Source: Promethearchaeota archaeon (GTDB taxonomy: Archaea; Asgardarchaeota; Thorarchaeia; Thorarchaeales; Thorarchaeaceae). From it: a stretch of 64,000 bases of DNA. A model generated the notes under the pieces. The model was not told the DNA's origin and ran no database searches. It was given only the letters and a program-made list of their open reading frames with translations. The DNA is taken from the NCBI GenBank assembly GCA_014730275.1, contig WJIL01000068.1, positions 19,324 through 83,323 of the forward strand, given 5' to 3'. This document shows positions 1 to 9,505 of the stretch, piece by piece. Position 1 is the stretch's first letter; each line of letters begins with the position of its first letter. Both the position numbers and the translations under genes were made by a program.

Positions 1-134
1 CTCGTATCCCTAGCTTCAAGAACGGCATCACCATTCTGGGAAGAAACATGTGTCTGAACGATTGGCATTGAGAAGGGGAGTATAGCAAGTGTCAGCAATG
101 TGAGGAGGAATGGGGTTCTCACGTCCATAGCCAT
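1..134 (-). CDS. partial CDS (N-terminus only, continues off left edge): putative secreted or membrane protein
   Basis: ATG at 134 (minus) gives MAMDVRTPFLLTLLTLAILPFSMPIVQTHVSS..., a signal-peptide-like hydrophobic N-terminus. The frame stays open to the window edge. Confidence 0.3.
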   Translation of the reverse strand, partial: MAMDVRTPFLLTLLTLAILPFSMPIVQTHVSSQNGDAVLEARDT

Positions 135-205
135 CGTAACCAACTATTCCGTTTAGCTAGTACCTACATAATTCAAGGGAGGATGTGAAACCCTCCCTTC
201 TTACT

Positions 206-1507
206 TTACCGCTTACGTATAACGAGAGCTGCCACGGCGATTATACCGATAGCCAAAACACCAACAGCAACTTCGGGGGAGATGTCAGCTAAACCACCCA
301 CAGGTTGTTGAGTTGGTGATGATTCGGGCAGCAATTTCATTGACGGATCATGAACTAAAGATCCGTCATCAAAATTCGGATATGCGAGAAAGAGCAACAG
401 AGCTTCGCCAGTGGTGAAATATGACGCTTTTACATCCACGGCGTTTGTTGTGCTATTTGGAAGATCGATTACCGCCTTATCTAACCATGAGTAGAAAGCT
501 CGCGTGATATTGGTGGATCCCTCGACGAGAGATATATTCTGAACATCGTCATCCTCGCCATCATCATCTTCGTCAACATCATCAAAAGCCTCTCCCAGCT
601 CATCAGATTCCCACTCATCCTCGGATTCGTATTCGTGCTCCCCGTCATCTTCATTAGTTATGAACTTATGATCTGAGTCTTCACTGGCCGCGATGTCCTC
701 CTGTAAGAAATTCAGGACTGTCACCTTTGAGGTGTTTGATATAAATGGGAAATTACCGATTTCGATGTCTATCTTGAGCTCAGTTCCTGCGCTCACGGTG
801 TAGTTTGCTTGTACACCCGCATCATCAGTAACGGAACCATTGTAGTCATTCAAGTAGATATGAGCGTAGAATTGCACGGTCATATCTTCGTACTTGGTCA
901 GATTCAATTCATCGTCGTCAGAGTCTTCATCTGTAAGGGCAAAAGGTTCTTGCTCATCATCTTCGTCATCGTCATCATCAGTTTCATTCTCTTCAGTCTC
1001 AGGCATCCAATCTTCATACCAATCATCGTCCCAGTCTTCGCCTGAAATACCGCCCTTGGTATACGACGCGTAGACCTCCTCGTTCAGCCCTTCTTCATTC
1101 GTTACGGACCCAGTCTGAAGAGTCCATTCAAATGCTTGAAGAGGAACAAATGCTATAGTTTCATTCACCTGGTAAGCACCGTCTCCATTAGTATCCTCAA
1201 ACTCTATGACCATCGGATATGCTACACGAAATCTTGCCAGACTTCCATTTTCATCAGCACTATACCAGTATTGATACGCCGGTTGCTGTGGGTCTAGCAT
1301 CACAGTCACTACATCAGTTTGTATCCATACAGTCCCCGATTCGTCTCGCTCATGTTCGGGTTCGTTTTCTTCTTCGTAGTCATATTCATAGTCATCTTCA
1401 CCGTTTTCTTCGCCGTTTTCTTGAGCGTAGACGGTAGTGGATGTAACTAGAAGGAAGAGGACAACAACCATCGCAATCTTGGTTAGCGTGCACGATTTCT
1501 TCATCAT
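206..1507 (-). CDS. highly acidic secreted protein with C-terminal membrane anchor (function unknown)
   Basis: 433-aa ORF. N-terminal signal peptide (MMKKSCTLTKIAMVVVLFLLVTSTTVYA). Long D/E-rich tracts. C-terminal TM helix followed by RKR. Confidence 0.7.
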   Translation of the reverse strand: MMKKSCTLTKIAMVVVLFLLVTSTTVYAQENGEENGEDDYEYDYEEENEPEHERDESGTVWIQTDVVTVMLDPQQPAYQYWYSADENGSLARFRVAYPMVIEFEDTNGDGAYQVNETIAFVPLQAFEWTLQTGSVTNEEGLNEEVYASYTKGGISGEDWDDDWYEDWMPETEENETDDDDDEDDEQEPFALTDEDSDDDELNLTKYEDMTVQFYAHIYLNDYNGSVTDDAGVQANYTVSAGTELKIDIEIGNFPFISNTSKVTVLNFLQEDIAASEDSDHKFITNEDDGEHEYESEDEWESDELGEAFDDVDEDDDGEDDDVQNISLVEGSTNITRAFYSWLDKAVIDLPNSTTNAVDVKASYFTTGEALLLFLAYPNFDDGSLVHDPSMKLLPESSPTQQPVGGLADISPEVAVGVLAIGIIAVAALVIRKR

Positions 1508-1758
1508 TTTTCAATTATGTTGTGTATCATCTATTTTTAACGAATCTGAATTAACGTACTAAATTATTCAGATTTAGGAGGTTTAAAAGCTTTCATTTCT
1601 TCTTTAAAGATGTATGAAAATTCAAAATGCTTCAAGAAGAGTAATGAGGTTTAATGGGAGAGAGCTATCAGTCAGAAGTAAGTATTGAAGGGAAAAAGGA
1701 AGGAATTGATTGAGTAACCCGTCAAAAGATGTAAAACATTAGAGATGAGCAAAATCTC

Positions 1759-2475
1759 ATGATCAAAGGAGAAAACATCGTTGAAAGCATTAATTCAGAA
1801 CTAGATAAAGCGGTGTATGGCAATAATACAGATGCCCAAGCAGAAATGTGGAAATATGCGAACATAAGTACACCAACAGTAAGAATTGTTGGAAAGAAAA
1901 TCCTGAAGAAATTGGAGGGATATGGTTTTGATGATATGGATTCGCTACTGGAGATATGTGACGAACTCCTAGCTACCAAGGCTTGGCCACATAGAATCAT
2001 AGCCTTTCAATGGAGCTTTAAATTCAGAAAAGATTTCGAACCAAGGCATTTTCCTATCTTTGAAAGGTGGGTGAAAAAACATGTTACAGGATGGGGAAGC
2101 TGTGATGATCTCTGCACCCATACAGTGGGCTACTTCATCCTTGAGTATCCACAATTCATACCAAAGGTAAAACAATGGGTCAATTCTGATAACCCATTTG
2201 TCCGACGGGCAGCAGCTGTTTCATTCATTTACGCACTTCGAAAGGGAAAGCTGTTTGAACATGTGTTTGATGTTGCGGATGCATTGTTGAACGATGAGGA
2301 TAAGTATGTGCTAAAGGGGTACGGTTGGATGCTAAAAGTGTCTTCCAAGCATTACCAAGACGAGATTTTCGAGTACGTGATGGAGAATAAGGCGAGAATG
2401 CCGAGGCTTTCGCTGAGATACGCAATTGAGAAGATGCCAGAATCATTGAGGAAAAAGGCAATGGCGTCTCCATAG
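1759..2475 (+). CDS. DNA alkylation repair protein (AlkC/AlkD-like HEAT-repeat family)
   Basis: 238 aa. C-terminal region (RRAAAVSFIYALRKGK...DEDKYVLKGYGWMLKV...RYAIEKMP) matches my memory of the DNA alkylation repair enzyme family. Confidence 0.75.
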   Translation: MIKGENIVESINSELDKAVYGNNTDAQAEMWKYANISTPTVRIVGKKILKKLEGYGFDDMDSLLEICDELLATKAWPHRIIAFQWSFKFRKDFEPRHFPIFERWVKKHVTGWGSCDDLCTHTVGYFILEYPQFIPKVKQWVNSDNPFVRRAAAVSFIYALRKGKLFEHVFDVADALLNDEDKYVLKGYGWMLKVSSKHYQDEIFEYVMENKARMPRLSLRYAIEKMPESLRKKAMASP

Positions 2476-2607
2476 GTTATCACGGCTTCCGTTTCATAAT
2501 TCTGTATGCTGAGTGTCGGGTATTAGAACACGTGTTCTAAACCAATGGCTATTGCAATTCAGTCCACAAATCCGTAAACTGCCGAAGTGGGGAAATTCCA
2601 CAGCTAG

Positions 2608-2634
2608 AAAAAAAAGAGGGAGGAAATCCCCTCT
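2608..2634 (-). terminator. hairpin plus oligo-T terminator candidate for the DUF1700 membrane-protein gene
   Basis: On the minus strand, AGAGGG-N7-CCCTCT hairpin immediately followed by T8. It lies 12 nt downstream of the stop at 2646. Confidence 0.45.
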
Positions 2635-2645
2635 GTCTGAAAATA

Positions 2646-3749
2646 CTATTGTTCGTCACTACTATTCGGTTCAGTTCCTCGGTCTTCCTCTGTTTGTGAG
2701 CCATTCCGCAGAGAAGACAACCACGAGGGTAGTGCGGGCCTCTTTTCGGTCCACCACCACCCCTTTCCTGCCTCACGATACATGGGAATCTTCATCACAG
2801 AGATGAGTACTTCCCACATGTTGGCTATCACAATCACGAAGACTATGAAGATCCAGAAGATGTTGGATACCAACAAGAGATCGAACTCATTTCCCATCAA
2901 CAAATCAAGCTCCTCGACACTCATCAGAATCCACTGATTGAGCTCACTGTCAAAGGCGTATACTTGTTCCACTGGCCATGGTACATTAATCAGGAATAGA
3001 GCCAAGAGTACCCAGCTCAAAGCAACGAGGGCTTGAACAGCGAGGTTGACGTTGTTTTCACCATACAGGAAGAACAAGAGCCCTTTGAACGCATCAAGGA
3101 GAACCAAAACGATTCCTGCGTAGAGAAAAACAAGGAAGCTCTCCGCGAAGATGAGCTGAATCGCAGGATGGAGTAGGACTATAGTAAACACTACCCCCAT
3201 AACAGCTTCACCAGCTGATTCCCAACGGCTCTTAGGTTTGAAAACACCAGCTCCAATACCAAATGCCTTTTCCAAGAATGTCTTCTCGGTTGGCATCCTA
3301 CCTCTATCAAGCAAGGAAAGGCCCCCGATGATAGCAAAAGCATAGATAAGGGATATGACAATCATAAGCGCTACATTGTATGGGAAAACCATGACATTTC
3401 CCAGCCCCGGTACTGCAAATCCTACGATATAGCTAGCCACTGCAAAAGCGGCACCCAGCGCAATAAGAGCCAATGCTATCCGTAACAGCGGGGGAACGTA
3501 TTCCTTGGGTATGGGCCCTGCTTTTTTTCCGGTTCCAGCATATGCATTGGCAGCATCCTTTGGCTCACCAAAGCGTTCAATGGCAAGCATGGCAGATCCA
3601 TGTGTTAGTTTGCCATCGCCAAGACGCTCAGCTTCCTCCATCAGATGCGTCCTCATTTCCTTTAGCGTGTCCTCGCTGCCAACGGGCAGATAAACACGAA
3701 CTCGTTCCAAATACTTCTCAATCAATTCTATTGGTGTATCACCCATCAA
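2646..3749 (-). CDS. polytopic membrane protein with N-terminal DUF1700/HAAS-type helical domain (PadR-associated sensor)
   Basis: N-terminus IELIEKYLERVRVYLP...EMRTHLMEEAERLG...AIERFGEPKDAANAY is the DUF1700 pattern. It is followed by multiple TM helices. Its start overlaps the PadR stop (3746-3749). Confidence 0.7.
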   Translation of the reverse strand: MMGDTPIELIEKYLERVRVYLPVGSEDTLKEMRTHLMEEAERLGDGKLTHGSAMLAIERFGEPKDAANAYAGTGKKAGPIPKEYVPPLLRIALALIALGAAFAVASYIVGFAVPGLGNVMVFPYNVALMIVISLIYAFAIIGGLSLLDRGRMPTEKTFLEKAFGIGAGVFKPKSRWESAGEAVMGVVFTIVLLHPAIQLIFAESFLVFLYAGIVLVLLDAFKGLLFFLYGENNVNLAVQALVALSWVLLALFLINVPWPVEQVYAFDSELNQWILMSVEELDLLMGNEFDLLLVSNIFWIFIVFVIVIANMWEVLISVMKIPMYREAGKGWWWTEKRPALPSWLSSLRNGSQTEEDRGTEPNSSDEQ

Positions 3750-4114
3750 AATTCAACTCCTTTCATCAGTGTACTCATTTCTTGGGAAAGAATAGCCCAA
3801 GTCTCCATCATCATTTCAAGGGCCTTCTGCCCTGCGGCAGTAAGCCCATAATACTTCTTCGGCTTAGAAGGTTGATCGTAGTTCCATTCACTCTCAAGCA
3901 GTCCTCGCTTCTCAAGCCTTCGAAGCAATGGGTAGACCGTACCTTGCTCCAACTGGAGGAAGGAAACCCGGTCACTGAGCTGTCGAACAATCTCATACCC
4001 ATATGCCTCTTGCTCCTCGAGGACAGCCAGAATTGCAAGTGAGGCTGCGCCTCGCTTGACTTCCTTGGACCAGCGCTCAAACTCATCCAAGACCTTCTTC
4101 GGCGGCTTACTCAT
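3746..4114 (-). CDS. PadR family transcriptional regulator
   Basis: 122 aa with GYEIVRQL...GTVYPLLRRLEKRGLLESEW...KKYYGLTAAG, the classic PadR winged-helix signature. Confidence 0.9.
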   Translation of the reverse strand: MSKPPKKVLDEFERWSKEVKRGAASLAILAVLEEQEAYGYEIVRQLSDRVSFLQLEQGTVYPLLRRLEKRGLLESEWNYDQPSKPKKYYGLTAAGQKALEMMMETWAILSQEMSTLMKGVEF

Positions 4115-4354
4115 TGGAAACCACCTTTTGTTCCAGTCCGATATAATACATCATTATGTTTCGCCATTCACTATGCGTTATATAGTACATGGCGATATAC
4201 ACATATAAATATTGCTAGGTGTGCAAATATCCTCCAAGAATCGAGAAAAAAACAACGTAAGTATTGCAAAGAATAGAAAATAAGTTCCGTAAAGCACAGG
4301 ATTCGTCTCAGGCGCTAGAAGTTACAACGCAGTTTGGGGAATGTTCACATAATC

Positions 4355-6532
4355 TTACGGTACAGGTATTTTGATTTCGAAAGTTGTGGGATCCGTACTG
4401 GTTAAATCAATACTCCAGCCATGAGCGTGTATAATTCTTTTGACAATACGAAGCCCAAAACCATGCTTTTTTGTTCCCAGCCAATTGGCATCCCTAAAGA
4501 CTTCATCTTTCAAGTCTTCCGGGAAAGGTTCTCCATCATTTGAGATTTCAATGGTTATCGTGCTTCCGTTCTCATAACCTACAACCTCAATATGCTTGGC
4601 ATTCCCATGTTTCAAAGCGTTGTCCATTATGTTTTGAAAGACCTGAGTCAGTTTAGTGGCATCCCCTGATACTACTGGCAGATTCTTGGATGTAAAACCA
4701 ACAGAGGGGGGTAATTGTGAACCCGCCACAGCAGTAATGACACTGCTCAGGTCAACTGGTTCGGAATCCTTTATGATAACACCCGAATCTGCCAATTCTA
4801 CTGAGTGAACGGTGAGCTTGTTCAATTCAGCAACAAGCTCTTTGATTTTCGTTGCATATTCGCCATTTCCATATTGTTCCCACAATTCAACATTGGCTGC
4901 TATTTTATGGAGATAGTTTTTGATATCATGGCTCATATGATGTGCGAAACGACTCAGTTCCTCTCTCTGCCGCTGGATGCGCTCAGTAGCATCTTTTTCT
5001 TCAGTGATATCAATCATGACAGCTTCAACAAATCCTTCATCATGATATGCACGGAAGAAAAAACGCCCCCAGAACTGTGAACCATCTTCTCGTGCCACGG
5101 GTAGGTCCACGACTGTCCTTTCTTTGGTTTCTAGAAGAGCAAGGACTCTTTTGCGATCCTCAGGATTAGCGTAAAATGCGTTCGTTGTAGTTTGATTTGC
5201 GAGGACTTCTTCACGATTAATATAGCCAATCATTCTTGCGGCTCGTTCATTACACTCAAGAATTCTTCCTGTCCCCAATTCGGATCGGAATAGTCCAACA
5301 AGTGCATTGTTGTAAAGACGTTGATATCTTGTCCTGCTCCGTTCAAGGGCCTTCTCAAATCGTACAAGGTCGGTGATATCAATGATTTGATTGAGATAAC
5401 CCTTGATTTCATCCCGGGAGTGTTTCTTCAGGGGTGTCGCTATGGCTTCCAAATGGATTGTGCCTGTCTTACTGGTTTTAGATAAATTGGGCTCGTCGGT
5501 TATGTCGAAATCGAAGCTCGTAGAAAACCTGACTGTATCTCCTTGTTTCAACGCTTGTTTGGCTCGCTCAGGTGTATTCTCATCTTCGAAGATGTTGAAA
5601 TCGAGTAGTATGTCAAATGAATCTAGTCCAAACAAATCCAGGGTGGCTTGATTGGCACGGACAAGTTTCCCAGACGCATCGAAGATTTCAATGGCTATCG
5701 GTGAGCTGTCAAAAATTCCTCTGAATAGGGCTTCGCTTTCACGAAGAGCCTGTTCAGCACGCTTTCGCTCATCTATGTCCTCAACGAAACCAATATCGTA
5801 CTTGAATTCGCCATGCTCATCATAGACAAGAGATACTGTCAAGCGTCCCCAGAAGATACTTCCATCTTTCTTGATGAAACGTTTCTTCATTTGGTAAGAG
5901 TTTTTGTTGTTCTCAATGGCCTTCTCAGCTAGCTTCTTGTCTTTCTCCCAATCATCAGGATGGGAGAAATCTATGACATTGAGCTCCAGAAGCTCATCCA
6001 ATTCGTACCCAAGCATATCAGCCAATGCCCTGTTTGCTTGCAACATGTTGTCATTTTTGTCAACTACTGTCATGCCAATGGCACATTGCTCAAAGACTGT
6101 CCTGAACCGCTCTTCACTGGCATCAAGGTCCGCCTCAAGCTGCCTCTTGGCGGCCAGCTTTCGGATATGATGGGCAACTTCAGTATATACACCCTTAATT
6201 TTCACAGGATCTTTTCGTATGTAGTGATCAGCACCAAGATTCAGTGCCTTAACTACTGTTTCCTCCCTGCCGCAGCCTGTAAGGATAATGATTGGAGTTT
6301 CGATTCCTCTTGCTCTTGCTTCACCGAGAAAATCAAGTCCAGAATCCGCTTTCGGTCCAAGGTCAACTCCGCTAACTACAACATCGATGTCCTTCTCTGC
6401 TAAGATTTCCAATGCTTCTTGAGAAGAAGCAGATAATGTGAACTGAAAATCCGGGTTATCCCGTTCAAGGAGCTCCTTTGCTAGTAATTGAGTCTCGTGG
6501 TCGTCGCTCAGAAGAAGCACATCTATGCTCAT
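4355..6532 (-). CDS. hybrid signal-transduction protein: N-terminal receiver (REC), multiple PAS domains, HisKA, HATPase
   Basis: REC-like N-terminus. Repeated PAS-like blocks (e.g. ERFRTVFEQCAIGM, FRGIFDSSPIAIEIFD). H-box FAHHMSHDIKNYL. ATPase G-box HGFGLRIVKRII. No TM segment seen. Confidence 0.9.
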   Translation of the reverse strand: MSIDVLLLSDDHETQLLAKELLERDNPDFQFTLSASSQEALEILAEKDIDVVVSGVDLGPKADSGLDFLGEARARGIETPIIILTGCGREETVVKALNLGADHYIRKDPVKIKGVYTEVAHHIRKLAAKRQLEADLDASEERFRTVFEQCAIGMTVVDKNDNMLQANRALADMLGYELDELLELNVIDFSHPDDWEKDKKLAEKAIENNKNSYQMKKRFIKKDGSIFWGRLTVSLVYDEHGEFKYDIGFVEDIDERKRAEQALRESEALFRGIFDSSPIAIEIFDASGKLVRANQATLDLFGLDSFDILLDFNIFEDENTPERAKQALKQGDTVRFSTSFDFDITDEPNLSKTSKTGTIHLEAIATPLKKHSRDEIKGYLNQIIDITDLVRFEKALERSRTRYQRLYNNALVGLFRSELGTGRILECNERAARMIGYINREEVLANQTTTNAFYANPEDRKRVLALLETKERTVVDLPVAREDGSQFWGRFFFRAYHDEGFVEAVMIDITEEKDATERIQRQREELSRFAHHMSHDIKNYLHKIAANVELWEQYGNGEYATKIKELVAELNKLTVHSVELADSGVIIKDSEPVDLSSVITAVAGSQLPPSVGFTSKNLPVVSGDATKLTQVFQNIMDNALKHGNAKHIEVVGYENGSTITIEISNDGEPFPEDLKDEVFRDANWLGTKKHGFGLRIVKRIIHAHGWSIDLTSTDPTTFEIKIPVP

Positions 6533-6837
6533 TATTCAGTTTCCACCAACAACTGCCGCAGGTCTGGTATTACTGACGATAATGGTACGAATATTATTGT
6601 TATTCAGCTCTAGTACCAAAGAAATAGTAACATGAAACAAAAAATTCACTCTTGAATCGTAAGAATCTCCACCACAATCCACTTATGCAATAAGGATTTC
6701 TTCTGGAATATCGTGTAGGTTATGGCGTGCTAATCGAACGTTTTTCTTGGGATGGTGCGATTCGGATTCGTACTCGGGGCGACGCGACTTGTTCGGTAGA
6801 TTACTGGAACTAATAGAATCAGTCATCTCTTACTGTT

Positions 6838-7302
6838 TTAGGGAACCATCTCCGGAGTAATTACGAAACGAATTGACCAAGCTCCATCCTCCTCTTCCAA
6901 ACAATTGATTCCAGCGTTTCGTACTGACAGAATTTGCTCATCCTCATCACCGGTTACCAAGAAACTGGCCAGGCGACTCATATATGGCAAGTGACCAACA
7001 AGCATTAGAACGCGATCAGTTTCATCTATGTGTTCACCCCATTTATGTGGATCATCAAGCGGACGTAGTCCCTCAGCCTGTTCAACACCCCCAGAAGGTG
7101 TTAGTTCATCTGCTAAGACCTCAGCTGTCTGTTTTGCTCTCGTTTTCCCGCTGTGGAGAATCTGGTCAACTGAAATGTTCAACTGCTGCGCTGCATACTT
7201 AGCCATTCGAAAAATGTTATGCCGGCCTTCTTTCGAAAGCGGACGATCTTCATCCTCGTCCTCGGATAGTGCTTCTGCATGTTGAACTAGGTAGACCCTC
7301 AT
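6838..7302 (-). CDS. sixA: phosphohistidine phosphatase SixA (histidine phosphatase superfamily)
   Basis: 154 aa. MRVYLVQHAEA...RPLSKEGR...SGKTRAKQTAE...LVGHLPYM matches the RHG-type SixA pattern and size. Confidence 0.8.
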   Translation of the reverse strand: MRVYLVQHAEALSEDEDEDRPLSKEGRHNIFRMAKYAAQQLNISVDQILHSGKTRAKQTAEVLADELTPSGGVEQAEGLRPLDDPHKWGEHIDETDRVLMLVGHLPYMSRLASFLVTGDEDEQILSVRNAGINCLEEEDGAWSIRFVITPEMVP

Positions 7303-7432
7303 TTTCTATACACCATTCTTAGATAAAGGACCGCGACGAATTTGTAGTTGGTCATTTCCGAAATAGAGATGGATGAGAGGGCTGCAACACAGCAAGATTT
7401 GAGGCTACTGAAAGGTTTCAAACCCGTGATGA

Positions 7433-8344
7433 CTAGGTTGGATGAGTAAACAGCCATTCTAAGAGGCCAGTACCTTCTTCGTTAGTTTCTGTGTTCCTGT
7501 GAAGTGCCATATTTTCAAATAGTTCAGTCCGCCCCTTACCAAAATCTCTTTCAAAGCGAATGAAGCTATTCTGTGAAAGAGTACGGGATTCAATTTCATA
7601 GGTGCTACCATCAGACCCATGCACTATCGTAACCGCTCCAAACGGTATTTCCTCCATATCCTCGAGATATTCTGTTTCAAGCTCGATTTCTTCGATGGGA
7701 ACATGACCATCCTTATTCGAAATTGCCCCGGATGGGAAAAACTCTCCGTCAACGAAATCCCTCCTAAGGCCAATAGAGAAGTCCTTGAATTGGGCATGAA
7801 ATGCATACCAAGCATCAATATGCCAATTACGATAACCCCAGCTTTTGTCGCGCTCACCATAGCCTTCGAAGTTCATTTCACGCCCATCGGGTAGATGGAT
7901 ATGTCCACGTACTATTCCGGACTGTTCAAAGTGACCTTCCCACGAGGTCCCACTTCCCTTACCAAAATCATAGCAAGAGAAGCGCCCTTCCCAGGAGAGT
8001 TCAACAGAAATGCCCCCTCGTTTGTATGACAGAATCCATTCTTTCAGTGGATTAACAAGTTCATACGACAACACCGAATCGCCAATATCATCAAGCTCGT
8101 TTACAATCTCTCCATCGGGTTCCAAAAAGTACACTTCTCGTTTGTCATCATAGAAAAGAACAAACACAAGCTCTCGTTTCTGTTGATTCGGAAGAAGACC
8201 AATTGTAGTGAACCCTGATACTTCCAATTCGGGGTCCACCCAGTTGAAGTAGTAACTTTCTCGCCAATCTCTTCGCTCACCAGGTTCATGCAGAAATTCA
8301 TCATCTTTAGTAATTGACGTCATATCATTAGCACTCCGTCTCAA
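7433..8344 (-). CDS. hypothetical protein, beta-rich; possibly AttH/CrtC-like lipocalin-fold superfamily
   Basis: 303-aa ORF. WRESYYFNW and GYGERDKSWGYRNW motifs are reminiscent of that superfamily. The assignment is weak. Confidence 0.55.
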   Translation of the reverse strand: MRRSANDMTSITKDDEFLHEPGERRDWRESYYFNWVDPELEVSGFTTIGLLPNQQKRELVFVLFYDDKREVYFLEPDGEIVNELDDIGDSVLSYELVNPLKEWILSYKRGGISVELSWEGRFSCYDFGKGSGTSWEGHFEQSGIVRGHIHLPDGREMNFEGYGERDKSWGYRNWHIDAWYAFHAQFKDFSIGLRRDFVDGEFFPSGAISNKDGHVPIEEIELETEYLEDMEEIPFGAVTIVHGSDGSTYEIESRTLSQNSFIRFERDFGKGRTELFENMALHRNTETNEEGTGLLEWLFTHPT

Positions 8345-8347
8345 ACA

Positions 8348-9505
8348 TCATTCAGGGAGGAGGTAGAGTGTAGGATCTTCCTCCATTTCTTCATCGAACC
8401 TGCCAAATCGTATGAAGGCAGGATCGGCATCATTTTCCATAAAGAAGGGGATGTATTTCTCTTGGACTTCTTCGGATATGGTCCATTCAAATTCGTCCGT
8501 AATTCCCACAGCATCAGTGTACCTCGCCAGACCTCTCCAATATGCCATAGCACCAGCAAGCATAAGCTCCTGCTTATCCCACTGAGCAAATTTCATGTAT
8601 AGTTCTGCTTGTGCAGCATCAGCAGCTTCAGCATACTCAGATAGGTCGCCTATATCTAGTAGAACTATCTTACCATTCTCCCGGGTATAAGTGGTTATGC
8701 CAGTTACAAGGCCGGAATAGTTGCTTGGTTCAATCGTCATTGTACCGACATCGTTGAAGGTTGCATCTACGTCTTCGAGAGTCATTGCAACTCCAAGAGA
8801 TGAAGTGGGAAGCTCAGTCTCTGTATCAGACCAAGGCAGCCAAGGCCTTCCTTTGCCATCATGAAGGCGGGTGTATTCTGATACGACAAGGACCTCATGA
8901 TCATTGACAGGATAGGGGCCATGATCGATAATCTTTGCCCTGGCATCGCATTCATCTATGAACGCATACAAATCCACAGAGCCAAGAGCTCTTCGCACAG
9001 ATTTTGTTTGTTGTTCATTGGTCGATTGTCGGTTCTTCAGCAACCAATCAATTGTGTCTTGTTCGAATGCAAGATTACGATAGCCAGACTTTGCGACTGT
9101 AGGCTCTTCAGTATTGAAATGACTGGTAGCAAGGCGATACCAAATATCTAGCATCCATTTCCATTGATTCCTTTTCTCCTCTGGTTCTTGCAATGGATTA
9201 CTATCATATTCATTGAAAATCATGCCCATTCGACCGAGAGACCAGTACAGCCAGCAGTAGGTAATACTGAGAGCGTGAATATCTGAAAGGAGTTTCTTGC
9301 TTCTACTTGCGAGCTCTTCTGGAGAGACTTCAGAAAACACGCGTTTCATGAGATCATACTGATTATAGTAGCAATGATAACAAGAGAGACTGATATATTC
9401 AGATATGGGGAAGAGTTTCGATTCTAACAGGCCGCGTTCGGCTAAAACATCACCGAAGACCTTGGAGATGTGTCGAATTAGGGAATTCGTCTTTTGGAGA
9501 TTCAC
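8348..9505 (-). CDS. hypothetical protein (no recognisable domain)
   Basis: 385-aa ORF with GTG start. It ends 3 nt upstream of the 7433-8344 gene, so the two look like an operon. Confidence 0.55.
   Translation of the reverse strand: MNLQKTNSLIRHISKVFGDVLAERGLLESKLFPISEYISLSCYHCYYNQYDLMKRVFSEVSPEELASRSKKLLSDIHALSITYCWLYWSLGRMGMIFNEYDSNPLQEPEEKRNQWKWMLDIWYRLATSHFNTEEPTVAKSGYRNLAFEQDTIDWLLKNRQSTNEQQTKSVRRALGSVDLYAFIDECDARAKIIDHGPYPVNDHEVLVVSEYTRLHDGKGRPWLPWSDTETELPTSSLGVAMTLEDVDATFNDVGTMTIEPSNYSGLVTGITTYTRENGKIVLLDIGDLSEYAEAADAAQAELYMKFAQWDKQELMLAGAMAYWRGLARYTDAVGITDEFEWTISEEVQEKYIPFFMENDADPAFIRFGRFDEEMEEDPTLYLLPE

Noticed and set aside
6683-6826. 47-codon ORF (MTDSISSSNLPNKSRRPEYESESHHPKKNVRLARHNLHDIPEEILIA) 12 nt downstream of sixA
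   Set aside because: No recognisable family, no clear SD motif, short and hydrophilic. It cannot be supported from sequence alone, so it is mentioned only under the SixA finding.
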